Source of the DNA: Verrucomicrobiota bacterium | GTDB taxonomy: Bacteria; Verrucomicrobiota; Kiritimatiellia; RFP12; UBA1067 | Assembly (NCBI GenBank): GCA_022704145.1 | Contig: JAKJGY010000002.1 | Coordinates: 1-62,218 of the forward strand | Direction: 5' to 3' | DNA length: 62,218 nucleotides | Shown here: positions 30,401-37,717 of the stretch, in pieces | How the letters are laid out: each line of letters opens with the position of its first letter | How positions within the stretch are numbered: the stretch's first letter is position 1 | Position numbers and translations under genes: made by a program | The notes under the pieces: model-generated | The model's database searches: none | Seen by the model: only the letters and a program-made list of their open reading frames with translations | What the model was told of the DNA's origin: nothing

Positions 30401-32473
30401 GGCGCGGTCGTCAAAGGAGGCAGAAGCCCAGCCGGCGGCGAGCGAGGCGGCGTTGGTGGGAACGAGGTAACGGCCCGATGATCCGGGGCGCACGGGGGTC
30501 AGGGTTCGCGTACCGACGGCGTCGAAGCCGTAGCTCACGTCGGCCGGCAGCGCGGGGAAGGCGGGGTCGAAGCCGGACTCGAGGGTGAGGTCGGCGCGGA
30601 AGAGTGCGAGATATTCGCCAGCGGCGTCGAGCGAGAAGCTGGTGTGGAGTTCGGCGTTAGGGTCAGCCCTGTTTTTGGAGGAGGCGAAGACGAGGAGGTG
30701 GCCGTAGGGGGCGATCGAGACATCCGGAAAAGTCCAGAGCGTGGGGGTGTCAGACTGGTCGGTGAGGTGCCAGCCTTTGAGGGAGACGGTCTGGAAGGTG
30801 GTGTTATACAGCTCGATCCAGTCGGAGAAGTCGCCGTCCGCGTCGCGCAGCGTGCTGCGGTTGAGGGCCATCACCTCGCTGATCAGGATCGAGCCTGGCG
30901 GAAGGTAGAGCGAGTTGGTGGCGCCGGGTGTGGCGGTGTCGGGCGACGCGTGCCAGTTGTCAGGCGTGTCGCCGTAGGCGTTGGGGTCGGTGCGTTCCAG
31001 CGCGCCGCCCAGGCCGTCGGCGGCCAGAGGCCAGGGGAGCCGGTCGCTATAGGTGACGGCGTCGAGCACGTAGCGGCCGAGAGTGCCGTCATCCTCGACG
31101 GTGTTGGGCGCGCGCAGGCGTACCGTGTCGCCCGCGTTCCCAAGACTCCTGTCCCACGGCCCGAACACGGGGACGTTGGCCGGCACGCCGTAACTGGCGC
31201 GGAAGCCCGCAAGGTCGTTGGTGGCGGTGACCAGCAGGAACGCGCCGGGCGCGAGCGTGAGGTTGGTCGGGAAGGAGTAGCTGATGCCGCCGGTCAGGCT
31301 CCAGGTGTTGGTGGGCTCTTGGGCGTTGAAGAGCGCGACCGGCGCGCCGCTGATGTTAAGCAGCTCGACGTACTCGCAGGGCATGCGGCCGAGGGTGTTG
31401 GAGGCTGGCGGATGGTACATGATCTCGTTGATGACGACCGGGCCGACCTTAGGGCCGCTGTTGCGGGCGCCTGCACCTGCGCGGAACTCCTCCAGCGAGG
31501 CGGGCAGGCTGGCGCCGAAGGTCGGCGTGTCCAGCGTGACGAACTCGCCCGTGCCGTCGGGCCAGCGGCCGAAGGAGACGCCGTTCTTCGAGGCGTCGAA
31601 GACATACTGGTCGACATAGCGCACGAGCGAGTCCGAGGCGTCGGCTTCGGCGAGATAGAGGCCCTCTCCCTTGGCGCTTAAGGAAAACGGGACGGTTGCG
31701 GCGTTGAGCTGGTATTGGTACACGACGAGGTAGCCGAGAGGCGCAAGCGTCGTTCCGGCAGGGAACTGGTACTTCTTGCGCTGTAAGGCGTCGTCACTCA
31801 GGTACCAGCCCGCGATGCTGACGGGGTTGGTGGTGAGGTTGCGCAGCTCCACGGCATCCTCCTGCGGCGGGTCGGTGTGGGCGAGCACCTCGTTGATGAC
31901 CACATCGCGGACGAGCGGGGTGTCGGGGCCGCCTGGCGAACCGTTGAGGCGGGCGCTCGCGGCCCAGCTCGAGGGGTCGTTCGGGGAGGCGGACGGAGCG
32001 AGCAGGACGAGTGAGCTGCCGAGGCCGTCGGCGGCGAGGGGCCACGGCGCGATATCGTCGTAGGTCACGCTAAAGACGGCCTGTCCGAGCGCGTCGGCGA
32101 GGGTCACGGTCTCGCCCTCGTTACTAAGCTGGCCGCTATAGGCGCCGGGGACCAGGTTAGTGACGCCGGGGTAGAGGGCCGTGAAGGCGGCGCGGTTGAC
32201 GCACACGGCGAGATAGGAGCCTGGCCCGAGCGTGGTCGGGGTTGGGAAAGTGTAGGTGATTCCGGCGTTAAAGCGCCAGCCGCTGAGGTCGGCCGCCTGG
32301 GTCCCGGCGTTATAGACCTCGATGAACTCGTTGGTGTTGCCGCCTGGGGGATTATACATCAGCTCGCTGACCACGACCTGCGCCTGAGCAAGGCGGGTGA
32401 GGCAGAGCAACAATGCCGAGAGGGCGTGTGCTCGGAGACCGACCGATATAGAATTAGTTCTCAATTTTTCCAT
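24401..32473 (-). CDS. Giant secreted lamin-tail-domain / CotH kinase / beta-helix protein
   Basis: Signal peptide; at least five LTD starts (VVSELMY, VINEVLA, VINEIMY, LISEVMA, GINEFMA, VISEIHY); chitobiase-like FN3 (LRYTLDGTEP, IRYTLDSSQP); CotH-like core (FDRFVLRNGNDD, YLNGTYYGL..EK, WRWCFVDLD); right-handed beta-helix; DTDADG TSP3-like repeat. Start ATG 32473. Confidence 0.8.
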   Translation of the reverse strand: MEKLRTNSISVGLRAHALSALLLCLTRLAQAQVVVSELMYNPPGGNTNEFIEVYNAGTQAADLSGWRFNAGITYTFPTPTTLGPGSYLAVCVNRAAFTALYPGVTNLVPGAYSGQLSNEGETVTLADALGQAVFSVTYDDIAPWPLAADGLGSSLVLLAPSASPNDPSSWAASARLNGSPGGPDTPLVRDVVINEVLAHTDPPQEDAVELRNLTTNPVSIAGWYLSDDALQRKKYQFPAGTTLAPLGYLVVYQYQLNAATVPFSLSAKGEGLYLAEADASDSLVRYVDQYVFDASKNGVSFGRWPDGTGEFVTLDTPTFGASLPASLEEFRAGAGARNSGPKVGPVVINEIMYHPPASNTLGRMPCEYVELLNISGAPVALFNAQEPTNTWSLTGGISYSFPTNLTLAPGAFLLVTATNDLAGFRASYGVPANVPVFGPWDRSLGNAGDTVRLRAPNTVEDDGTLGRYVLDAVTYSDRLPWPLAADGLGGALERTDPNAYGDTPDNWHASPDTATPGATNSLYLPPGSILISEVMALNRSTLRDADGDFSDWIELYNTTFQTVSLKGWHLTDQSDTPTLWTFPDVSIAPYGHLLVFASSKNRADPNAELHTSFSLDAAGEYLALFRADLTLESGFDPAFPALPADVSYGFDAVGTRTLTPVRPGSSGRYLVPTNAASLAAGWASASFDDRAWKPAGNGIGFDTDPLYRPLFQTDLYAEMYNKQASAFVRYTFVLDDAAEITRVLLRLKYEDGFVAWLNGVKVASGAAPSSPVWNSAATSSRSETLAVAYTDFTLDAYTHLLTDGTNVLALQALNSSTTSSDLLLNTELRLSWAPAVVTHTPVTAGSVGRYLVPATSAALAADWAAPGFDDRTWTPAGNGVGFDTDPDYLPYIQTDLYADMYGKQGSAFVRYPFLLSDRADLFEATLRVRFDDGFVAWLNGTLVASNNVPVPTLWNSRAPSSRSDSSAVVYLDHNLSAFLPLLNDGTNVLALQILNNSSTSSDLLLQTELAFSSRPPTGTLDLVAGFLAAPSPDSLNAAAYPAVVPPPALSHPGGVFSGTLNVTVTCPLAEAVLRYTLDGTEPTAASALYEGPLSLTDEAELIVRAFAPGLAPSPLVSAVFRRAFLGINEFMASNATSTPEIADFTDFGDWVELYNAGTNAVDLSGYHLSDNLESPFRWRFPDGATIPANGHLIVWADGYDSQPGLTLTRDFWPNYTFVTRAYHANFKLSADGEQLGLFTPSGSLVDGVTFGPQQDDISLGRLPDGNATWGHFGEATAGAANRGPQLAQNLHRAPAVTISPAEPLFLEGPATVTLTSAGASAIRYTLDSSQPTSASLLYTNAFTLATTTVVRARAFADGLHPGPVATRTFLMNQRKPDLPVVSLVIDPLLLFDPITGIYANVLKERDVPGTIQFCTTPSNTAFHAGAAFRLYSLNTFLKPQKPFTVKFSGKYGTDQIAYQLFPEKPVGPFDRFVLRNGNDDWASAFLRDTLGQRMLMGAINNSVQGFRPCASYLNGTYYGLINIQEKMDEVYCVKNFGVNLDDIDFFENAGTSSDDLLNHGTADAWNALLAYLGANSMADPVHYAYVKGQVDIEDLVDYVSGQVFVNDTAWAHNRKWWRDRNPGGRWRWCFVDLDRAFGTVTDNRLTSMVSSMEVFRELLSNAEFRAYSAQRLMAHLNSSFSTNRILPIIDAEAGRIRSEIIAHSALYASQGGIPSVTTWDSRIEAIRSFVRQRPAIAMQHAAATFSGGQTAQVQLSQGGPGRVLANHVPLLSSSTNTLLAGLPVTFTAVPEIGQTFTHWVVTSNRQQSVVATGSVWRYTVATNEIPGWNQAAFNDAAWPSGPAQFGYGDDDEATVIGAASNLITSAYFRRTVVLSDAAPVSALKLQILHDDGVIVYLNGTEIVRANMPAGPVAFTTFALTNITSSSTPHENAYNTYAVTSAPFVAGTNVLAVEIHQSSANFTDLGFDLSADLTQTFASVSTNTAPVLTLVPDSTTPLSVTAVFAPTGASLLPATVNGSLTLTAAGSPWLATGDITVPSNTVLTAEPGVAILMPERASIYVQGRLALLGTPEAPVSVGPNPTPSALARLFTDPALSDATDRPYRWGGIAFDRADHMGLLSNVVLRGATLAAKDCINMKAAVSAFGSDLLMRGLDIDASDFPIFVQEGASTVLENSRIFISVIGDGINIKRAAYARVEGCEFSSANLTVDTDAIDYDGIQGGIIRNNYLHDFLGDNNDAIDIGEGTLDLLVEHNLIERCFDKAVSIGQGSTAVVRRNVIRNVDMGLGIKDAGSYGLIEHNTFRDVSHAVAVYEKNLGSGGGSAEVRNCIVSHASGTPFTCDALSTLDVSYTLCDTEAYPGTGNLFAEPQFERPSLGNFRLQTGSAAVDSGHPAAPADPDGSRADLGAVPFDWREGHAVISEIHYHPAGATPEFVELTNPGGATLDLTGYRFSSGFSYSFPYGTLLAPGARMTLASASGIADARVWSSGTLDNAGEAIELVDAQTNEIDRVVYAPNSPWPTAADGLGPSLTLLHPRWDNAQPSNWVASAVSGGTPGAEETAAFGTPLWWLAVTVPGFSASGIEAAALADTDADGLPNWAEFQAGTDPADPASFLAAGLEAPSRSPALLCQTIPTGPEHGGLRRYYTVESRPSLLTGGWTPVPGYTDLEGTGQAIRYEPPAHTSLFLRVRVDLR

Positions 32474-32679
32474 AAACTCTCCTCGTACGAAGTCGAAAGT
32501 CATGCACCGCAGAAATAAGCCTTTTGTCGTAAAGCGATCCGATGGTATATATGTGCCTCTAGTTTGTCAAGTGACTAAGTTGTAATTAATGGACGGACTC
32601 ATGGGTTGTGTGCGTAATCGGTTTTCGCAGCGAGGCTTGTCTGTTATAATGCGGCGCATTTTACCAAGAAAGGTGTGCC

Positions 32680-35600
32680 ATGTTCCAGCCAGTTTCAAAC
32701 AAGATCGACTTCCCCGTCATGGAGCGTGAGACGCTCGCCTTCTGGGATGCGCATGACACCTTCAGGAAGAGTGTCGCGCGCAATAGGGAGAAGCGGGATT
32801 ATGTCTTTTACGACGGGCCGCCCTTTGCGACAGGGCTGCCGCACTACGGCCATCTGCTGGCCGGCACGATCAAGGACATCGTGCCGCGTTACCAGACCAT
32901 GCGCGGGCATCACGTCGAGCGGCGTTTCGGCTGGGACTGCCACGGCCTGCCGATCGAGGCGTTGGCGCAGGAGGCGCTGAACGTCAGCGGCGCGCATGAG
33001 ATCCGGCAGCTCGGGATCGACACGTTCAACGAGCAGTGCCGCTCCATGGTGCTCAAGTATGTGGGCGAGTGGCGCAAGACCGTCACGCGTATGGGACGCT
33101 GGGTCGATTTCGACAATGACTACAAGACCATGGACCCCGGCTTCATGGAGAGCATCTGGTGGGTCTTCAAGCAGCTCTGGGAGCAGGGGCGTGTCTACAA
33201 GTCGTACCGCATCATGCCCTACAGTTGGAAGCTCAGCACGCCGCTCAGCAACTTTGAGGCGGGCAGCAACTACAAGGACGTGCAGGATCCTGCGGTGACG
33301 GTGCGCGCGAAGGTGCTCTCGGGCGCCGATCCCGCCTGGGGCGAGACCAGCCTGCTGGTCTGGACGACCACGCCGTGGACGCTGCCGGAGAACTTGGCGA
33401 TTTGCGCCGGTCCGGACATCGACTATGTGGTCGTGCGCGACACCGCCGGTCAGACGTGTTATGTGATGGCTGAGGCGCGTCTGTCGGCCTATTACAAAAA
33501 GCCGGAAGAGTATCAGCGTGTCGCCACGCTGAAGGGCGCCGCGCTGCGAGGCTGGACCTACGAGCCGATATTCCCTTACTTTGCAGGGCATGCCGCCGTT
33601 GGCGCGTTCCGCGTACTCAACGACGCCTTCGTGACCACCGGCGACGGCACCGGCCTCGTGCATATGGCGCCCGCCTATGGCGAGGACGATTTCCGGGTCT
33701 GCAAGGAGGCCGGGCTGACGGTCTTGGCTGACCCGCTCGACGCCGCCTGTCATTTCACCGACGCGTTGCCCGAGTACGCGGGCCGTTTCTGCAAGGAGTG
33801 CGACAAGGATCTGATCAAGCGGCTGAAGCAGGAGGGCAAGCTGGTTCACCAGACCACGATCGTGCACAGCTATCCCTTCTGCGACCGGACCGATACGCCG
33901 CTCGTCTATCGCGCGATCGAGGCCTGGTACGTGCGTGTTGAGGATCTGCACGAGCGACTGGCACGCAACAACGGGAGTGTCCACTGGATGCCGGACTACG
34001 TCGGCGACAAGCGCTTCGGCAACTGGCTCAAGGAGGCGCGCGACTGGAATATCAGCCGCAACCGCTTCTGGGGCTCCTGCATCCCCGTTTGGGTGAACGA
34101 GCGGGACGCTTCAGATACGATCTGCGTCGGCTCGGTGGCTGAGCTGGAGGCGCTTTCAGGCGTCAAGGTGACGGATCTCCATAAGCACTTTGTGGACAAG
34201 GTTGTCATTCAGCGCGACGGCAAGACCTACCGCCGCACGCCGGAGGTGCTCGACTGCTGGTTCGAGTCCGGCGCGATGCCTTACGCGCAGCACCACTACC
34301 CCTTTGAGGGGTCGGGCGTCGGGAGTGCTGACGTTTCCACGTTCTTCCCGGCAGACTTTATTGCCGAGGGGCTCGACCAGACACGCGGATGGTTCTACAC
34401 GCTGATGGTGCTGGGCACCTGCCTCTTCGACAGATCGCCGTTCAAGAACGTGGTGGTGAACGGCCTGGTGCTGGCTGAGGACGGCAAGAAGATGTCGAAG
34501 CGGCTGAAGAACTATCCTGATCCGACTCACATCCTTGACGCCTATGGCGCCGACGCGTTGCGGCTGTACCTGATCTATTCGCCGGTGGTGCGCGCCGAGA
34601 ACCTGCGCTTCTCGGAGAGCGGCGTGAAGCAGATCCTGCGCGACCTGCTGATCCCCTGGTGGAACGCCTACAGCTTCTTTGTGACCTATGCCAACGTGGA
34701 CGGCTTCCATGATCGCGCGCTGGCCCGGCCGTCGAGCCCGAATGTGCTCGACCGCTGGATCGTCAGCTCGCTCGAGACGCTGGTCAGCGACGTGACGCAG
34801 GCGATGGACACCTATGACCTGCAGCGTTCGGTGAAGCCGTTCGTGTCGTTCGTGGAGGATCTCACCAACTGGTATATCCGGCGCAGCAGGCGGCGTTTCT
34901 GGAAGTCGCAGAACGACGACGATAAGACGCACGCGTACCGTACGCTGCGCTACGTGCTGGTGCAGCTCTGCAAGGTCGCGGCGCCGTTCACGCCCTTTAT
35001 CAGCGAGGCCATCTACCGCAACCTGAAGGGCGACGGGATGCCCGATTCGGTGCATCTCTGTGACTTCCCGACAGCGGACGCGGCCGCGCGCGACGAGGCG
35101 CTGGAGGCGCGCATGGCGCTGGTGCAGACCGTAGTGCGGCTTGGGCGGCAGCTCCGTACGGAGAACGATCTTAAGGTGCGGCAGCCGCTCTCCGTGCTGC
35201 ACGTGGTCTCGTCGAAGCCTGAAGTCTTGCAGCGGCTGGAGGGCTTTGAGGAGCTGGTCACGGACGAGCTGAACGTCAAGGCGATGGCCTTCGGCTGCGA
35301 CGAGACGGCCATGGCGGACGTCTCGGTCAAGGCGGATTTCCGCAAGCTCGGCCCGAAGTTCGGCCCTCGGATGAAGGCCGTGGCGTCCGCCATCGCGGGG
35401 CTCGGCACCGCGCAGGCCGCGGCGCTGGCCGCGAGCCGGCCGGTGACGCTCGACCTGGCGGGCGAGGCGGTCGTCCTGACGGCTGAGGACGTGGTGGTGC
35501 AGCGTGCGCCGAAGGCCGGCATGGTGGTGGCCTCGGAAGGCGACGTGCTGGTCGGCATCGAGACGGCCCTGACGCCGGAGCTGATGCGGGAAGGCCTCGC

Positions 35601-35832
35601 GCGCGAGTTCGTCAGCCGCGTGCAGAACCTGCGCAAGGAGGCGGATTTCGAGGTCACGCAGCGCATCGCGGTGACGGTCGAGGCCGACGCCGAAGCGCGC
35701 GCCGCGATCGAGGCGCACGCCGACTACGTGAAGGCCGAGACCCTGTGCGAGGCGCTCGCCTTCGGCCCCTTGGCGGACGGGCTCTGCGAACTCAACGGCC
35801 ATGCCGTCAAGATCGCCGTGGCGAAGGTGTAG
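32680..35832 (+). CDS. ileS: Isoleucine--tRNA ligase (type 2)
   Basis: FYDGPPFATGLPHYGH, GWDCHGLP, WTTTPWTLP, DWNISRNRFWG, EGLDQTRGWFY, KMSKR. Long C-terminus typical of IleRS2. Confidence 0.97.
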   Translation: MFQPVSNKIDFPVMERETLAFWDAHDTFRKSVARNREKRDYVFYDGPPFATGLPHYGHLLAGTIKDIVPRYQTMRGHHVERRFGWDCHGLPIEALAQEALNVSGAHEIRQLGIDTFNEQCRSMVLKYVGEWRKTVTRMGRWVDFDNDYKTMDPGFMESIWWVFKQLWEQGRVYKSYRIMPYSWKLSTPLSNFEAGSNYKDVQDPAVTVRAKVLSGADPAWGETSLLVWTTTPWTLPENLAICAGPDIDYVVVRDTAGQTCYVMAEARLSAYYKKPEEYQRVATLKGAALRGWTYEPIFPYFAGHAAVGAFRVLNDAFVTTGDGTGLVHMAPAYGEDDFRVCKEAGLTVLADPLDAACHFTDALPEYAGRFCKECDKDLIKRLKQEGKLVHQTTIVHSYPFCDRTDTPLVYRAIEAWYVRVEDLHERLARNNGSVHWMPDYVGDKRFGNWLKEARDWNISRNRFWGSCIPVWVNERDASDTICVGSVAELEALSGVKVTDLHKHFVDKVVIQRDGKTYRRTPEVLDCWFESGAMPYAQHHYPFEGSGVGSADVSTFFPADFIAEGLDQTRGWFYTLMVLGTCLFDRSPFKNVVVNGLVLAEDGKKMSKRLKNYPDPTHILDAYGADALRLYLIYSPVVRAENLRFSESGVKQILRDLLIPWWNAYSFFVTYANVDGFHDRALARPSSPNVLDRWIVSSLETLVSDVTQAMDTYDLQRSVKPFVSFVEDLTNWYIRRSRRRFWKSQNDDDKTHAYRTLRYVLVQLCKVAAPFTPFISEAIYRNLKGDGMPDSVHLCDFPTADAAARDEALEARMALVQTVVRLGRQLRTENDLKVRQPLSVLHVVSSKPEVLQRLEGFEELVTDELNVKAMAFGCDETAMADVSVKADFRKLGPKFGPRMKAVASAIAGLGTAQAAALAASRPVTLDLAGEAVVLTAEDVVVQRAPKAGMVVASEGDVLVGIETALTPELMREGLAREFVSRVQNLRKEADFEVTQRIAVTVEADAEARAAIEAHADYVKAETLCEALAFGPLADGLCELNGHAVKIAVAKV

Positions 35833-35845
35833 AAAGGTACTCCAA

Positions 35846-36454
35846 ATGCCAGTCACAAAGAACACGCTTGTTCAAGGGGAATTCAATGCGCAAGCCGAGT
35901 TGCCTTTTGAGTTGCGACTCGATGATTTCCGTATGGCTGTACAGGATGTCTACGATTTCTTTTATGACGTGAACTCGGTTCTGTTGGCGAAGGGCCTTCG
36001 GAGACTGGATGACATGTTGCGACCAGCCATTATGTCGGGGTTATTGTCTGATATGTTGACTTCGAGTATGGCAAAACACGCTAGAGTTTTGTGCGAGAAC
36101 GCCTACTTCAATGGGCATCCGGATCTGATAGTGCGTGGTGTGTATCCGAGGAATGAGGTGAAGGCAGGAGACCATGGAATCGAAGTCAAGACCACCCGTA
36201 AATCGGGTGGTGCAGTAGACACTCACGGTGCGCGTAATCAGTGGATGTGTGTCTTTGTCTACGACGTTGACAATGATACGGAACCTGCTACAAATCGTTG
36301 TCCGATGGCGTTCACGGAAATTTATTTAGGACATGTGACGGTTGATGACTTCCGAAAGAATGCGCGAGGTGAGTTGGGTACACGGACTGCGACTTTACAT
36401 CGAGAAGGTATCGCAAAACTCAGAGGGAACTGGATATATCGTCTTCTGGCGTGA
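35846..36454 (+). CDS. Putative type II restriction endonuclease (PD-(D/E)xK)
   Basis: About 200 aa; HPDLIV...GIEVKTT; AT-richer than the flanks; convergent with a DNA methyltransferase. Confidence 0.65.
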   Translation: MPVTKNTLVQGEFNAQAELPFELRLDDFRMAVQDVYDFFYDVNSVLLAKGLRRLDDMLRPAIMSGLLSDMLTSSMAKHARVLCENAYFNGHPDLIVRGVYPRNEVKAGDHGIEVKTTRKSGGAVDTHGARNQWMCVFVYDVDNDTEPATNRCPMAFTEIYLGHVTVDDFRKNARGELGTRTATLHREGIAKLRGNWIYRLLA

Positions 36455-37621
36455 TGGTGGTACCGTCACGCTGACGGCAGGTTCGTACGCTGCAAGATTC
36501 GGGATGGCTTCGCAGGCCAACTTGAAATAGGTCTCGTCCTTCTCGACGCCCATGCTCTCGTAGCCGACCGCTTCGGCGGCGGCGAGGGTGGAGCCGGAAC
36601 CGGCGAAAGTGTCCACCACAACGCCCTTGCCGAGGGGCAGGACGGCGCGGACAATCTGCCGCAGGAAGGCCTGGGGTTTGAGACTGGGGTGAGGGGCGAG
36701 GTCGCGTTCCGCTTTGCGGGTCGGCGCGGAGGCGATCACGTCGCCGAAGGGCTTGTCCTTCTCCGGGCGGCGGAACCCGCCGGTGCCCCACTTGCGCAGG
36801 TTGTCCTGCACGCGGCCTTCGATGGGCTTGCGGTAGACCAGCCACGGCTCCCACATTGAGCGAGGCATGACGCTGATCTCGGAGAACTCCTCGTGCGCGG
36901 CCTTGGGGCGGTCGCCGCCGCGCATGGTCATGGTCAGCCGGATGATCTCACCCCGGCGCTCAAGACCCGCGCTGGCCAGCGCATCCGACACGAGGTAGGA
37001 GAGCAGCGGATTGGACGCAACGACCACGTTCGCACCCGGGACGAGTTTGGGCAACAGCAAACGGCCCCATTCCGTGAAGAACGTGCGCAGGTCGTGGAGT
37101 TGGCTGGGCGAGAGGACGGTGAAACGGGGAAGCGGGGAACGAACGTGACCGTCGAAGGAGGGCGGTATACGCCAAACGCCGCCACGCCCGCCGCGTAGTT
37201 TAGCGACCTGTTCCTCTGTGTATTCGAAGAGCCCGTAGGGCGGATCTGTGACTACCGCATGCAGGCTGTTGGCAGCTTGCAAGGCCAGCCAGTTGAAGCA
37301 GTCCATGTTGAACAAAGAAGCGCCGCTACCGACTTTATTTGAGGCAAACCGCCCGGCTTTTGGGGGCTCAGGCTCAACCGGTTCAATGAGTTCCGCTTGA
37401 ATATACGCGCAGGCGTAGAAACCGCGCGCCTCTCGCACAAAGAATTCAGGCGTGTTCAGTCTTAGATAGGACCGGATAGAAGACGTTGGAACCTCGCCGA
37501 GACGCTGTTTAACGTATGCGGCGATTTCCTTTACAGAAAGCGGGCGATGTGCGTGTTTGACGACATCCATAATGGCATCTCTGACTCGCCCCGGCGGCCT
37601 TCTGTTCTGTGCATATGACAT
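36395..37621 (-). CDS. Beta-class amino (N6/N4) DNA methyltransferase with N-terminal HTH-like domain
   Basis: Motif IV DPPY precedes HPSLKP and motif I DTFAGSGST. N-terminus VRDAIMDVVKHAHRPLSVKEIAAYV..SSIRSYL resembles a winged HTH. Confidence 0.9.
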   Translation of the reverse strand: MSYAQNRRPPGRVRDAIMDVVKHAHRPLSVKEIAAYVKQRLGEVPTSSIRSYLRLNTPEFFVREARGFYACAYIQAELIEPVEPEPPKAGRFASNKVGSGASLFNMDCFNWLALQAANSLHAVVTDPPYGLFEYTEEQVAKLRGGRGGVWRIPPSFDGHVRSPLPRFTVLSPSQLHDLRTFFTEWGRLLLPKLVPGANVVVASNPLLSYLVSDALASAGLERRGEIIRLTMTMRGGDRPKAAHEEFSEISVMPRSMWEPWLVYRKPIEGRVQDNLRKWGTGGFRRPEKDKPFGDVIASAPTRKAERDLAPHPSLKPQAFLRQIVRAVLPLGKGVVVDTFAGSGSTLAAAEAVGYESMGVEKDETYFKLACEAIPNLAAYEPAVSVTVPPSRQKTIYPVPSEFCDTFSM

Positions 37622-37656
37622 GTTCCGATAATAGACGTCTGGACGTCTTTTGTCAA
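37622..37656 (-). promoter_or_regulatory. Leaderless MTase promoter with tandem GACGTC sites in the spacer
   Basis: TTGACA (37656-37651)-N17-TATTAT (37633-37628)-6 nt-ATG; AGACGTCT/GGACGTCT at 37633-37648. Confidence 0.75.
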
Positions 37657-37717
37657 TGTGCATTTAAATTTCTTAGGGGAGATGCGCAAGAATGATGTTA
37701 CGGATTAGCGCGCAAGG

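Noticed and set aside
32504-32679. T-box or attenuator ahead of ileS
   Set aside because: The leader after TATAAT (32645) is only about 30 nt, and there is no T-box motif.
32680-35832. Type-2 IleRS as acquired mupirocin resistance
   Set aside because: Host-like codon usage, and IleRS2 is the normal form in several phyla including PVC members.
35833-37717. att-like direct repeats bounding the R-M cassette
   Set aside because: Only a 5-nt AAGGT coincidence was found; not significant.
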